Of a stretch of 64,000 bases of DNA, positions 25,652 through 35,265 are shown in pieces. How positions within the stretch are numbered: position 1 is the stretch's first letter; every line of letters begins with the position of its first letter. A model generated the notes under the pieces. That model was not told the DNA's origin and searched no databases. It saw nothing but the letters and a program-made list of their open reading frames with translations. This DNA is from Butyrivibrio sp. (lineage in GTDB: Bacteria; Bacillota; Clostridia; Lachnospirales; Lachnospiraceae): assembly GCF_017940685.1 (NCBI RefSeq), contig NZ_JAGAYD010000015.1, positions 3,785 through 67,784 on the forward strand, given 5' to 3'. Both the position numbers and the translations under genes were made by a program.

Positions 25652-28578
25652 AAAAACAGAAAAAACAGCAGGTCATTTCAAATGAGATCCAATCGAATGA
25701 AGAAATGAATGTTCAACAGGTTGTGGAAAACAACAACCAGATTGCGGTAAATGTCCAGCAGGAAGAGGCCCAACAGAACATAGAAAACCTTGTGGAAGCT
25801 GCAATGCCTCAGGAGATTAATGCTGAGGAAAGCAACCAGTTGCAGAGTATGCAGGCTGAGGCCATCAAACGTACCGAGACGGAAAAGAACATGCCCCAGA
25901 GTCATGCTTCTATTTCTGAAGCCAAGGCACGGCTTTTGGCTCATGGGAAAACCTTCGGGGACAGCGAAAAGATGAAGCTGGTGAAGAATAAGACCGAAGC
26001 GTTGCTTACCATGCTTAATGAAAAGATCGCCACTATTGTTGACGATGATGAGTTTGAAAAGAATCTGGACGAGATACATCAGGGGTATGATGAGCTTATC
26101 GTAGCCTGCAAAAAGTATGTCAAAAAAGCGGGGAAGCCCATTTTTCCAAGCGGTGCACAGCGCCTTTTGATCGTGAAGGATATACTGCTTCAGGCAACTT
26201 CTGAGCGCAAGATGATCGCAGACTCCGCAAGACGCCTTCGCCGCGCGGGATTCAAGGGAAGTAAGGGGGCTGCGCTCTATTCTTTTTCTGATGTTTTATC
26301 ACATGTGGCGGTAAATGACGGGGCCATAGAGAACGAGACACTTTCAGATGTTACAGAAGAAAACACCCAAAAGGTTCTTTTATCCCGGTTTGCAACCTGT
26401 ATCGGTGCAAGGGATCTGTATGAGAAGGCGGATATAAAATCCATGCGACGCGAGGACGGAAGCCTTCATGATGTTGTCAGCATTACGAAGCAAAAAAATG
26501 AAAACCTGAATATGCTGGATTCGAACAGGCAGGCCAATACCAGGCGAATCCTTGATGCGATAATTTCAAATAAGTCACAGAAGGAAATGCATGCGCTTTT
26601 GGTGGAGATAAAAAATTCGCCAGTAAAGGCGGATCATGATATCTTAAATAACCTTTTATCAACGGATGTAGAAGAGCTTCTGGGATCCTTTGGCAGTCTG
26701 TATGATGAAACAAAGGAGAAGGCTTTTAAAAAGTCTCTTTCGATCTTCTACAAAGAGGTCAAGGCGTCGGGACTTTCCAAGAGGATGGAGCTGTATGACC
26801 GTACAGGGGAGACCAGTGTTACGGTATCAGAATTCACCTGGCGGGAACGAAGCCAAATGTTGTCTAGTCACGGAAATATGATCTATGAACAGCATCAGGA
26901 TAGCAATGTTGTCGTACCTGATATCTTTATGGAGCAGACAGGCACGTTAGTTGTCCCACAAGGGAAAATCCATATGATAGATCATTCCAAAAAGGAGCCG
27001 CACCGGGTGTCTAAATCCTGGCCGTTTTTGAAGTGGTCAGATAAGAAGGATACCCCATTGTTCCAAAGAGAACCCAGTGTCAATGATATCGCTCAAGGTG
27101 CACTTGGGGACTGCTTCTTTATGACGGCTATAGGTAGTGTAGTCCAGGACAATCCAAAAGCCATCAAAGACATGATGAAGGATAATGGAGACGGCACCGT
27201 CACAGTACGCTTCTATCAATATGATGATTCAACGGATGAGAAACTGACCCCTGTGTATGTAAAGGTAAAAAAATCAGTTGTAAAGGTTAAGGGTTTTGGG
27301 TCTAATTACTTTGCTAGTGGTGGTAACGGGCTTTGGGTACGCATGCTTGAAAAAGCTTTCGTTTGTTCAGGACTTGCGGCAAGTTTAGATGCAAAGGTAA
27401 ACGAAATAAAAAAACAAGATCGTGATTTATTGAATATGGATTACGATCACTTTCAAAATCTGAAGATACTTGCCTCAGAGGCTACTTTGAATGAAGAGGG
27501 GAAGGATAAAAAGAACCTGAAACAGGGAAACTTTGAGATTCTTAACGAAGGAGGATTTACACCACTGGTGATGCCTCTTCTTACCGGAAAATATATGAAA
27601 ACGTCAGAGCTTGCGAAAGCAAACCTCTATGTGGAAGAAAAGGACAAGCGTGATAAAAAGAAAAAATACTCAGTTAGGCCAGAGTATGATACCAACTTTG
27701 AATGCCTGCTTCCTGATGCTCCAGAAATGGAATCCAGTGAGCGTCTCCGCGGTATCATGAAGCGAAATGATGAAAAGAAAAACAAAAAGATAAGTGACAA
27801 AAGCCAATGGATCGACAGAGTCAAAGAAAACCGTCCGGCAACTGTGAATGAGAGATATATAGTCCTCTATGAGAATTGCACCGGAAAGACAGTCAAAGAA
27901 GAAGATGAGAAAAAAGCCATATTCTTTGGTTATTATATACATGGTTTTTATACATATTATAAGGATCATAAAGAGCTGTCAGATGGCGACAAAAATCCCA
28001 GAGAGATTTTCATGAAGCTGATTCGGGCCTATACGGAAGCGTTTATAAAAAAGGACAAAGGAGGCCCGGAGTCGATACAGGAAAGGAGAGAATTTATCGA
28101 TTCAGAACCCTATCTGGATGCGGTGAAATGGCTGTTAAACGATAGGCGTGACGCTTGGGACGACAAAATGCTTAAGTATAAGCGTGGCACCGGCAAGTAC
28201 TATGGGCAGGTGAATAAGATCTATGATGACATAAAGAAGGCTCTTGATGACAAGCGAAGAATAACATATGCCGTTGCGAGCGAGAGATTGAAGCTTGCTG
28301 GCGGGAATAAAAAAGGTCTGTCAGGAGGCCATGCCTACAATATCACCGGAGTGGCAGAGCGAAAATTCGGCGGAAAGACCTATAAGTTTGTGATCTTGAG
28401 AAATCCCTGGGGTACAGCGGGAACGGAGTATTTTTATAATCCAAAGACCAAAAAACTGGATCGAAGAAATAATACCAAGGAAACCGGAGGCTATACCATG
28501 GTGGAACTAAGCGAATTTGCCATGTTCGGTGAAGACATGTCCATTGAGGAGAAGGAGGAAAAAGGCAATGACAAGTGA
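25621..28578 (+). CDS. Large C2-family (calpain-like) cysteine protease
   Basis: QGALGDCF (Cys), GGHAYNI (His), LRNPWG (Asn); Q/E/N-rich N-terminus; no signal peptide. Confidence 0.88.
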   Translation: MGGNEESLQVEKQKKQQVISNEIQSNEEMNVQQVVENNNQIAVNVQQEEAQQNIENLVEAAMPQEINAEESNQLQSMQAEAIKRTETEKNMPQSHASISEAKARLLAHGKTFGDSEKMKLVKNKTEALLTMLNEKIATIVDDDEFEKNLDEIHQGYDELIVACKKYVKKAGKPIFPSGAQRLLIVKDILLQATSERKMIADSARRLRRAGFKGSKGAALYSFSDVLSHVAVNDGAIENETLSDVTEENTQKVLLSRFATCIGARDLYEKADIKSMRREDGSLHDVVSITKQKNENLNMLDSNRQANTRRILDAIISNKSQKEMHALLVEIKNSPVKADHDILNNLLSTDVEELLGSFGSLYDETKEKAFKKSLSIFYKEVKASGLSKRMELYDRTGETSVTVSEFTWRERSQMLSSHGNMIYEQHQDSNVVVPDIFMEQTGTLVVPQGKIHMIDHSKKEPHRVSKSWPFLKWSDKKDTPLFQREPSVNDIAQGALGDCFFMTAIGSVVQDNPKAIKDMMKDNGDGTVTVRFYQYDDSTDEKLTPVYVKVKKSVVKVKGFGSNYFASGGNGLWVRMLEKAFVCSGLAASLDAKVNEIKKQDRDLLNMDYDHFQNLKILASEATLNEEGKDKKNLKQGNFEILNEGGFTPLVMPLLTGKYMKTSELAKANLYVEEKDKRDKKKKYSVRPEYDTNFECLLPDAPEMESSERLRGIMKRNDEKKNKKISDKSQWIDRVKENRPATVNERYIVLYENCTGKTVKEEDEKKAIFFGYYIHGFYTYYKDHKELSDGDKNPREIFMKLIRAYTEAFIKKDKGGPESIQERREFIDSEPYLDAVKWLLNDRRDAWDDKMLKYKRGTGKYYGQVNKIYDDIKKALDDKRRITYAVASERLKLAGGNKKGLSGGHAYNITGVAERKFGGKTYKFVILRNPWGTAGTEYFYNPKTKKLDRRNNTKETGGYTMVELSEFAMFGEDMSIEEKEEKGNDK

Positions 28579-29470
28579 GAATCATAGATTTGTTCGGAAA
28601 ATGGGTAATGCTCTTCGAATCCGGTTGGTGGATGATAAGAACAGTGAAAACTACGAACGTTTTTTGAAAGAAGGAGCAAAGCTTACTAAGGGTTACGAAG
28701 GGGCTGAGACAATTTCTTTTGGCATAGAAAACGAAGGGACTCCTGCAGGGGCCATGAAGCTATTCATCTTGGAGGGCAATGTGATCGTGGGATCAGTTTA
28801 TGTGGATGAAGAGGAGCGGCTGCAGGGGTGCGGTTCTACCCTTTTGGTCCGTGCCAAGGAGTATGCTCTTGAGAGAGATCTTCGTGTGGTTGCCTGTGAG
28901 GTGCCTGCGGATCAGGAAGATCTGTTGCCTTTTTTTGAGAAAAACGGATTTTACCATGATGAGGAAGAAGAATCAGACGGCTTTGCCATGATCTGGGAGG
29001 AGGAATTTGAGACAGAAGCAGTTATTCAGGAGAATCGATTCGATGCGCAGCGTCTGGCTGTAAATCTTGATCCCTTGATGACGATCATGGTGCCTAAGCT
29101 TATGAGGATAAAGGATTTTTTGGAAGAAGAAGGCTACGATGCCGAAGTGATCACAGGAGAAAAGAACTATATATGGGCAGATCATGGAGATTATGATATT
29201 CAGATTTCTTATCTCCCGGATGGTGGTCCACTTCGTGATTTTTATATGATATTCAGTTCTTTTATATCTATGGATGCTACGGAGGATGAGCTTCTTTTAA
29301 AAAGCAATGAGATCAATAAAAGTGCTTATTTCTTGACAGCCATTCCGGATGAGGGGGGAATAATGCTTCGTTACACCTTGACGGAGGCAGTGTATCCGGT
29401 TACAGAAGAAGCATTCTTTACCACACTTTTGGCTTTTGAAGCTGAATTAAAAAAAGCACTTTTACTGTAA
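28568..29470 (+). CDS. GNAT domain fused to a YbjN/T3SS-chaperone-like domain
   Basis: VDEEERLQGCGSTLL...FFEKNGF GNAT; acidic C-terminal NEINK...LRYTL pattern resembling YbjN. Confidence 0.65.
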   Translation: MTSENHRFVRKMGNALRIRLVDDKNSENYERFLKEGAKLTKGYEGAETISFGIENEGTPAGAMKLFILEGNVIVGSVYVDEEERLQGCGSTLLVRAKEYALERDLRVVACEVPADQEDLLPFFEKNGFYHDEEEESDGFAMIWEEEFETEAVIQENRFDAQRLAVNLDPLMTIMVPKLMRIKDFLEEEGYDAEVITGEKNYIWADHGDYDIQISYLPDGGPLRDFYMIFSSFISMDATEDELLLKSNEINKSAYFLTAIPDEGGIMLRYTLTEAVYPVTEEAFFTTLLAFEAELKKALLL

Positions 29471-29536
29471 AACTTCGCTAATTTATCAGGAAGTGATAGA
29501 AGCAGCTTTGATTGCTGGAAGAGTAAAGGGGTTGAG

Positions 29537-30280
29537 ATGGCTTCAATTCGAGAAAACGTAACTAAGTATATAAAAAAGAAGTATAAAGCCTCTCCGGAGA
29601 ATCTTTGGAGAAGCTATCCGGACTACGCTGTTTTCAGACATGATGACAATCGCAAGTGGTTTGCTATCATCATGGACGTGGATGCTGATAAGTTGGGGCT
29701 TCCTGGGAAAGAGCGTATTGATATCATTGATGTGAAGATCGACGATCTGATGCTCAGGGATATACTCTTGCAGCAGGAGGGCTATCTTCCCGGATATCAC
29801 ATGAACAAGCGGAATTGGATCACCATAATGCTTGATGGAAGTGTGGAGCTGGAGCAGGTCTGTAGAATGATAGATGCAAGTTTCCTGGACACTGCTTCTA
29901 AGAAGAAAAAGGATAAATTCAGGCAGCCCAAGGAGTGGATAGTGCCTGCAAATCCCAAGTATTACGATGTTGAGGCAGCGTTCGAGGCAGCTGATGAGAT
30001 AGATTGGAAGCAGGGAGCCGGAATCATCAAGGGCGATACGGTATTTTTGTATGTTGGAGCGCCGGTATCTGCGATTCTTTACAAATGCAAGGTTACTGAG
30101 GTGGATATTCCCTATGATTATGAGGATAAGAATCTAAAGATAACAGCGCTGATGAAGATAAAGCTTTTGAAGCGCTACAAGCGCGATGCATTTACATTTG
30201 AGAAGCTCAAGTCGGAATATGGGATCTATGCTGTGCGAGGACCCAGGGGAATTCCAAACAGCCTTAGCGCGGCGCTTTAA
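29537..30280 (+). CDS. MmcQ/YjbR family protein with C-terminal EVE/PUA-like domain
   Basis: YAVFRH...KWFA, PGYHMNKRNWITI; second domain GDTVFLYVGAP. Confidence 0.85.
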   Translation: MASIRENVTKYIKKKYKASPENLWRSYPDYAVFRHDDNRKWFAIIMDVDADKLGLPGKERIDIIDVKIDDLMLRDILLQQEGYLPGYHMNKRNWITIMLDGSVELEQVCRMIDASFLDTASKKKKDKFRQPKEWIVPANPKYYDVEAAFEAADEIDWKQGAGIIKGDTVFLYVGAPVSAILYKCKVTEVDIPYDYEDKNLKITALMKIKLLKRYKRDAFTFEKLKSEYGIYAVRGPRGIPNSLSAAL

Positions 30281-30287
30281 AAGGGAT

Positions 30288-30509
30288 ATGCCTATGCTAT
30301 TTAAGAAAAAGAGTGACAAGAAAACATACGACAAAGAGAACCAGCGACCTGTGATCAAGGCAAGCATATGCAATGGGGAGCAGGTAGCAGGTTTTCAGGA
30401 CATCCATACAGGTGCGTTTGAGGAAGTCATGCTTATTAGAGGAAATGATGATCTTCAAAAGTTCATGAACATGTATGGAATTGAGGGGAAGATAGAGAAG
30501 ATATACTGA
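30288..30509 (+). CDS. Conserved small hypothetical protein
   Basis: 73 aa, PVIKASICNGEQVAGF...GAFEEVMLIR. Confidence 0.6.
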   Translation: MPMLFKKKSDKKTYDKENQRPVIKASICNGEQVAGFQDIHTGAFEEVMLIRGNDDLQKFMNMYGIEGKIEKIY

Positions 30510-30569
30510 TTTTTCTAAAATGTTGATGATGAATTTTGTATTGTAGTTTACAATACTTTTTTAACCAAA

Positions 30570-30596
30570 TTAGCACTCTGGGTTGACGAGTGCTAA
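30570..30596. promoter_or_regulatory. CIRCE element (HrcA operator)
   Basis: Exact TTAGCACTC-N9-GAGTGCTAA upstream of hsp20. Confidence 0.95.
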
Positions 30597-30733
30597 TTGT
30601 GGTGTTATAGTCATTATAGAACAAAGGAACAGAGAAGACCGTTAGGACTTAACTTTTCCTAAGATCTAAACCCTCCGTCCCAATGCTCAATAACAGTTAA
30701 CCAATTGTTTTTGAAGCAAAGGAGGTATGTATT

Positions 30734-31195
30734 ATGTTAACACCTAGTATTTTTGAAGAGAATTTTATTGATGACCTGTTTGGATTCCCAATGAAGGAGT
30801 TCGATGACATGGAGAGGAACATGGGGCGCAAGCTCTATGGAAGAAAAGCGTCAAGGATGATGAAGACCGATATCAGGGAGAAGGATGATAACTACGAAGT
30901 AGCTATTGACCTGCCTGGCTTCAAGAAAGAAGAGATAACGGTAGAACTTACTGACGGATATCTGACCATTAACGCAGCCAAAGGCTTTGACAAGGATGAA
31001 AACAACAAGAAAGGCAAGCTGATCCGCCAGGAAAGATATGCAGGATCCATGACAAGGAGCTTCTACATCGGAGAGAATGTAGAAAAAGAGGATATCGAGG
31101 CAACTTACAGGCATGGAGTACTTACCCTGACAATTCCTAAGAAAGCAATAGAAAATAAGATTCCGGAAAAGAATCTGATAGCCATCGAGGGCTGA
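30734..31195 (+). CDS. Hsp20/alpha-crystallin small heat-shock protein
   Basis: DLPGFKKEEI, ERYAG...RSF, GVLTLTIPK; CIRCE upstream. Confidence 0.92.
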   Translation: MLTPSIFEENFIDDLFGFPMKEFDDMERNMGRKLYGRKASRMMKTDIREKDDNYEVAIDLPGFKKEEITVELTDGYLTINAAKGFDKDENNKKGKLIRQERYAGSMTRSFYIGENVEKEDIEATYRHGVLTLTIPKKAIENKIPEKNLIAIEG

Positions 31196-31214
31196 TCGCA
31201 TAAGTTACACCGTG

Positions 31215-31250
31215 ATCTCCCGGCACTCATATAGTGCCGGGAGATTTTTT
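31215..31250 (+). terminator. Intrinsic terminator (homologous to 49419-49454)
   Basis: atctcccggcact/agtgccgggagat 13-bp stem plus T-tract. Confidence 0.85.
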
Positions 31251-31320
31251 AGTATTGGGAAATGATTAATGATATCATCAAATAAAAGGGTGTAGGTCTG
31301 TGAACATCGGAGGGATTCTC

Positions 31321-31542
31321 ATGAAATCAATTCTGATCAAGGACACAACAAAAGAAGAACGTGAACAGATAGTGAAGTCATCGCTTGACTGCGGTGGTGG
31401 TTGTGAAAACTGCTCTTCGTGCTGGCTTGGCGGTGGCAGTCCCTGGGACATTTACCAGGACTACATTGATGGCAAAAAAGAGATCCGTGAGATTAATCAG
31501 GAGTACATGGAGAAGTACCGCCAGGACAGGCAGATACACTGA
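31321..31542 (+). CDS. Small Cys-cluster protein
   Basis: CGGGCENCSSC cluster; TTKEERE...IV motif. Confidence 0.65.
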   Translation: MKSILIKDTTKEEREQIVKSSLDCGGGCENCSSCWLGGGSPWDIYQDYIDGKKEIREINQEYMEKYRQDRQIH

Positions 31543-31551
31543 GGTATTACT

Positions 31552-31755
31552 ATGGGAATTGCACCAGAGATTTCAGAATCGACAGTTGAAGAGAGAAGAG
31601 CATACATTAAGGGAAGATTTCCGTGTATAGCGGACTGTGACATGTGCGGTTTGTGCAAGGGTTTTCACGGAAAAGATGCTGAGACGGCCTATGCTGATTA
31701 TATCGAAGGGACAAGGACGTTTCTGGAAGTGTCAGAAGATTACAAAAGGGCCTGA
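31552..31755 (+). CDS. Small Cys-cluster protein (paralog of the preceding gene)
   Basis: CIADCDMCGLC; STVEERR; YADYIEG matches YQDYIDG. Confidence 0.65.
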   Translation: MGIAPEISESTVEERRAYIKGRFPCIADCDMCGLCKGFHGKDAETAYADYIEGTRTFLEVSEDYKRA

Positions 31756-31764
31756 GGTGATTGT

Positions 31765-31890
31765 ATGGACAGCAGAATTGAACGAATAAACGCGATGGAG
31801 AAGCTCTTTGACAGGGTTCTGCAGACCCAGAGCGCCTTTGAAAAGGCCGTTGAGGAATACAGAGAGCTTCAGGAAGATGTAATATGCTAG
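31765..31890 (+). pseudogene. Truncated DUF4298-like gene
   Basis: RBS gagg; MDSRIERINAMEKLFD resembles the DUF4298 N-terminus; stops at 41 aa. Confidence 0.35.
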
Positions 31891-31942
31891 AGCGAAATAA
31901 AGAGATCATGGAAATGATCAGGGAATAGAGCAAAGGCTGTAG

Positions 31943-32281
31943 ATGACGAAAGACCATGTGGAGGACGGCATGAGGGGGCAAAAGCAAAGAAAGGCAGAGA
32001 TAAAGCGGGTCGTTCTTGGCAAAACGGATGGTGTATGTGCCAGGTGTGGTAAACCCATCTCTTTTGAGAAGGCTACGATTGAGCATTTCATCCCCAAGTA
32101 CAGGGGCGGAGCTGATGACGAGAGAAATCTTCTTCCGCTATGCAAGAGCTGCAACAAGCAGAAGGGCTCAAGGATAGTGGCGGCAGAGGAGTATTACCCT
32201 TTTCTGAAAAGAGAATTCTGCAAGAACGCTGATGAATACAGGAATGAATGGAAAAGTAATGGACCATGGGGACGGGGTTAA
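31943..32281 (+). CDS. HNH endonuclease
   Basis: CARCG...TIEHFIP...GG...NLLPLCKSCN. Confidence 0.88.
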   Translation: MTKDHVEDGMRGQKQRKAEIKRVVLGKTDGVCARCGKPISFEKATIEHFIPKYRGGADDERNLLPLCKSCNKQKGSRIVAAEEYYPFLKREFCKNADEYRNEWKSNGPWGRG

Positions 32282-32300
32282 TGGACCATTTTAGGATTTT

Positions 32301-32876
32301 ATGAAGAAAATATTTGCTTTTGGTGATTCAAATACATATGGCTTCGATCCACGAATGGGCGGAACGGGTAGATATCCCAGAGATATAAGGTGGACCGGTG
32401 TGATTGACCAGATGCCTGAGTACGAGGTGAACAATCAGGGATATAATGGCCTTTCGATTCCGGGCTCGGACAGTGCTGTAGCTTCAATTGGCAGAAGCAT
32501 CAAGGAGTGGGGCCCGGATATTATCTTCATAATGATTGGTTCAAATGACCTGCTGAATATGTCCCCTGCATCATGCGAGGATGTAGGGATTCGGTTACGA
32601 CAATTTCTTTTCGCTCTATGCGACTGTGTAGCTGAGTATGTCCAGAACATGGTGATTGTGGCACCACCCAAGATGAGCCTTGGGGCTTGGACTGACCCTG
32701 ATATAGTCAGGGAGTCACAGAAGTTTGGGGCAGTGTATGGGCCTATAGCAAGTGAAAAAGGGCTGAAATTCTTAAATGCATGCGAGTGGGATCTTCCATT
32801 ATGTTATGACGGAGTGCATCTTACGGAAGAGGCTCACTTGCGTTTTGCGGAGAAGATCTTGGCTGAAGGAATATAA
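32301..32876 (+). CDS. GDSL/SGNH hydrolase
   Basis: FGDSNT, GSND and DGVH motifs. Confidence 0.9.
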   Translation: MKKIFAFGDSNTYGFDPRMGGTGRYPRDIRWTGVIDQMPEYEVNNQGYNGLSIPGSDSAVASIGRSIKEWGPDIIFIMIGSNDLLNMSPASCEDVGIRLRQFLFALCDCVAEYVQNMVIVAPPKMSLGAWTDPDIVRESQKFGAVYGPIASEKGLKFLNACEWDLPLCYDGVHLTEEAHLRFAEKILAEGI

Positions 32877-32965
32877 TAAGCCTTGCGTGAAAGAGATGAT
32901 GAAGACGGAAAAATGGAGACTGAATATCAGCCTCCATATTTTTTTGCAATTTTTTGTAAAAAGTG

Positions 32966-32996
32966 TTGACTCTGACGTAACGTAATAGTTTAAGCT
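32966..32996 (+). promoter_or_regulatory. MerR-type promoter (19-bp spacer with dyad)
   Basis: -35 ttgact, 19-bp spacer containing the tgacgt-a-acgtaa dyad, -10 taagct. Confidence 0.7.
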
Positions 32997-33023
32997 ATAG
33001 TTACACGTGAAGGAGAGTAAGCT

Positions 33024-33752
33024 ATGAAGACAGTAAATGAGGTAAGTAAACTGACAGGAGTGAGTATACGCACATTGCAGTATTACGACAAAATAGGACT
33101 CTTAAGGCCGGCAGAATACACGGAGTCTGGCTACAGGCTGTATGACGATGCAGCGCTGGAGAAATTGCAGCAGATTTTATTGTTTAAGGAGCTTGAGTTT
33201 CCGCTTAAGGATATCAAGGATATTGTAACCAGATCTGATTTTGACAAGAGATTGGCACTTGATCAGCAGATTGAACTTCTTGAATTAAAGAAGGAACATA
33301 TTGAAAATCTGATCAGTATGTGCCGTGAATTAAAACTGAGAGGAGTGAGAGATTTGGATTTTACAGCATTTGATTCAAGTAAAATAGACGAATACACTAA
33401 ACGTGCAAAAGAACAGTGGGGTAATACTCCAGAATTTAAGGAATTTGAAGAGAAGAACAAAAAGCGTTCAAAGAGCGAGGAAGAAAGTATGATGACCGAT
33501 TTCATGAAGCTTTTTGAAGAGTTTGGAGCTATGAAGGATCAAGATCCTGCATCTTTTGAAGTACAGGATCAGGTAAAGAAACTGCAGAGCTTTATCACCG
33601 AGCATTTTTACAATTGCACTAATGAGATTCTATCCAGCCTTGGTGAGATGTATGCCGGTGGAGGCGAGTTTACTGAGAACATCGACAAGATGGGTGGTAA
33701 AGGAACTGCTGAGTTCGTTTCTCAGACGATCAAGATCTATTGTGGTAAGTAA
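33024..33752 (+). CDS. MerR-family regulator with TipAS domain
   Basis: VSIRTLQYYDKIGLL HTH; C-terminal LGEMY...FTENIDK TipAS pattern. Confidence 0.88.
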   Translation: MKTVNEVSKLTGVSIRTLQYYDKIGLLRPAEYTESGYRLYDDAALEKLQQILLFKELEFPLKDIKDIVTRSDFDKRLALDQQIELLELKKEHIENLISMCRELKLRGVRDLDFTAFDSSKIDEYTKRAKEQWGNTPEFKEFEEKNKKRSKSEEESMMTDFMKLFEEFGAMKDQDPASFEVQDQVKKLQSFITEHFYNCTNEILSSLGEMYAGGGEFTENIDKMGGKGTAEFVSQTIKIYCGK

Positions 33753-33780
33753 ATGGACCACTTATGTTATAATATTCTGT

Positions 33781-33804
33781 AGGGGAGCATAGCTCCCCTT
33801 TTTT
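33781..33804 (+). terminator. Intrinsic terminator
   Basis: aggggagc/gctcccct stem plus T-tract. Confidence 0.75.
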
Positions 33805-33851
33805 GGCCTGATAAATGGATTATTAGAGGATTTGACCAAGGATGGTGAGCC

Positions 33852-35234
33852 ATGAAGAATTTGTCGAAACTGTTATACATAATATTGGGCATAATTATTG
33901 CCATATGCCTCTTTATCCTGTTTTGCGGGATGAACCCTGATGTTAGCAAGGGATTAAAAGAGTGGATTGCTGAAAATGCACCGAAGAAAGAAGCTGCCGC
34001 GGAAGAAACGACGAACAATGTGGCCACAGCAGCTACTTCAGAGGTATCTGTCGAACCTGAGCCTGAGGACGAAGAAGATAGCGAGGAAAACTATGAGTAC
34101 AATTATGACCTGACCTACGACGATTATGTAAATGACTGGGATCCCAGTACAGTGAGCCAGGATACTCAGAATAATCCAGAGTACCAGGACTTTGTCGATG
34201 CTTTTTTACATCCCCAGGAGAATACTGACGACGGTAATTATCCTGAGGATAAATCCGACATGCAATCCCCTCAGCCCAAGATTGTAGACATTGAGGATGA
34301 GGAAAAGGCTAAAGAGAGAAGTGAAAAGCTGGATTATGGGGATACTGGTGAAGATCTTACGTTTGACCCGCTGTTTTACCCCTATTACCATATGCTGAAC
34401 AGTCGCGGACAGGCGCTGTACAAGCAGATATACGCCAACGCACTTGCTCAGAAAAAGAAATTTGCGCCGGTATTGTCAGATGCAAATGATAACGAGATAT
34501 TTAGTGCATTTTGCTGTGTGCTAAATGACCATCCGGAGCTCTTTTGGGTTGATATTTCTTTTTACACTCAGTACGATTATCAGGGAAAAGCCATTGAATT
34601 TGACTTTAAGTTCTATAAGAACTTTAATGATATACAGTATGCCAGGATGAGGTTTGATAATATATCTGATAACCTTATTGCTGGGGCGAAGGAGTTGGAA
34701 AGTGCCTACGAAAAAGAGCTGTACATACATGATGTGATTGTGGACAAGCTGAATTATCAGCATAATTCCCTTGATCAAAGTGCTTATAGCTCGGTCGTTG
34801 ACAACTATACTGTATGCGCTGGCTATGCAAGATGTTTCCAGTACCTGATGCAGCGCCTTGAAGTGCCGGCATATAACTGCACTGGCTGGGGCGGCAGGGA
34901 GCGCCACGCATGGAACATTGTTTTGCTGGATGATGGGTATCATAATGTTGATTGCACCTGGGATGATTCTGGAGAAAACTACGATTTCTTTAATCTGAGT
35001 GATGCGGAAAATAAGCAGCACAGGAGAATGGATTTTTCGGTCTATCTGCCAAAGTGTGTGGAATCAGACCATAAACCCAAGTTTGCAGCAAAGGCAGCCA
35101 GCAATCCCTCGGTAACTGTTAATACCAATGGTGATACGGCTTCTGTCACCGTCAATCTTGGCGGTTCAGGGTCAAGCAGGCCCTATCACTATAACGTAGA
35201 TAGTGATGGAAACGTAATAAGAATAGACGATTGA
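33852..35234 (+). CDS. Membrane-anchored transglutaminase-like protein
   Basis: N-terminal TM; acidic linker; VCAGYA, HAWN and VDCTWDD triad. Confidence 0.85.
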   Translation: MKNLSKLLYIILGIIIAICLFILFCGMNPDVSKGLKEWIAENAPKKEAAAEETTNNVATAATSEVSVEPEPEDEEDSEENYEYNYDLTYDDYVNDWDPSTVSQDTQNNPEYQDFVDAFLHPQENTDDGNYPEDKSDMQSPQPKIVDIEDEEKAKERSEKLDYGDTGEDLTFDPLFYPYYHMLNSRGQALYKQIYANALAQKKKFAPVLSDANDNEIFSAFCCVLNDHPELFWVDISFYTQYDYQGKAIEFDFKFYKNFNDIQYARMRFDNISDNLIAGAKELESAYEKELYIHDVIVDKLNYQHNSLDQSAYSSVVDNYTVCAGYARCFQYLMQRLEVPAYNCTGWGGRERHAWNIVLLDDGYHNVDCTWDDSGENYDFFNLSDAENKQHRRMDFSVYLPKCVESDHKPKFAAKAASNPSVTVNTNGDTASVTVNLGGSGSSRPYHYNVDSDGNVIRIDD

Positions 35235-35265
35235 ATATGAAAAGAGTAGTTGGGAGGGGAAAAAG

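Noticed and set aside
30288-31755. Enzyme names often attached to these small proteins (aspartate dehydrogenase, PurH)
   Set aside because: Proteins of ~70 aa lack the catalytic domains, so they are left as hypothetical or Cys-cluster proteins.
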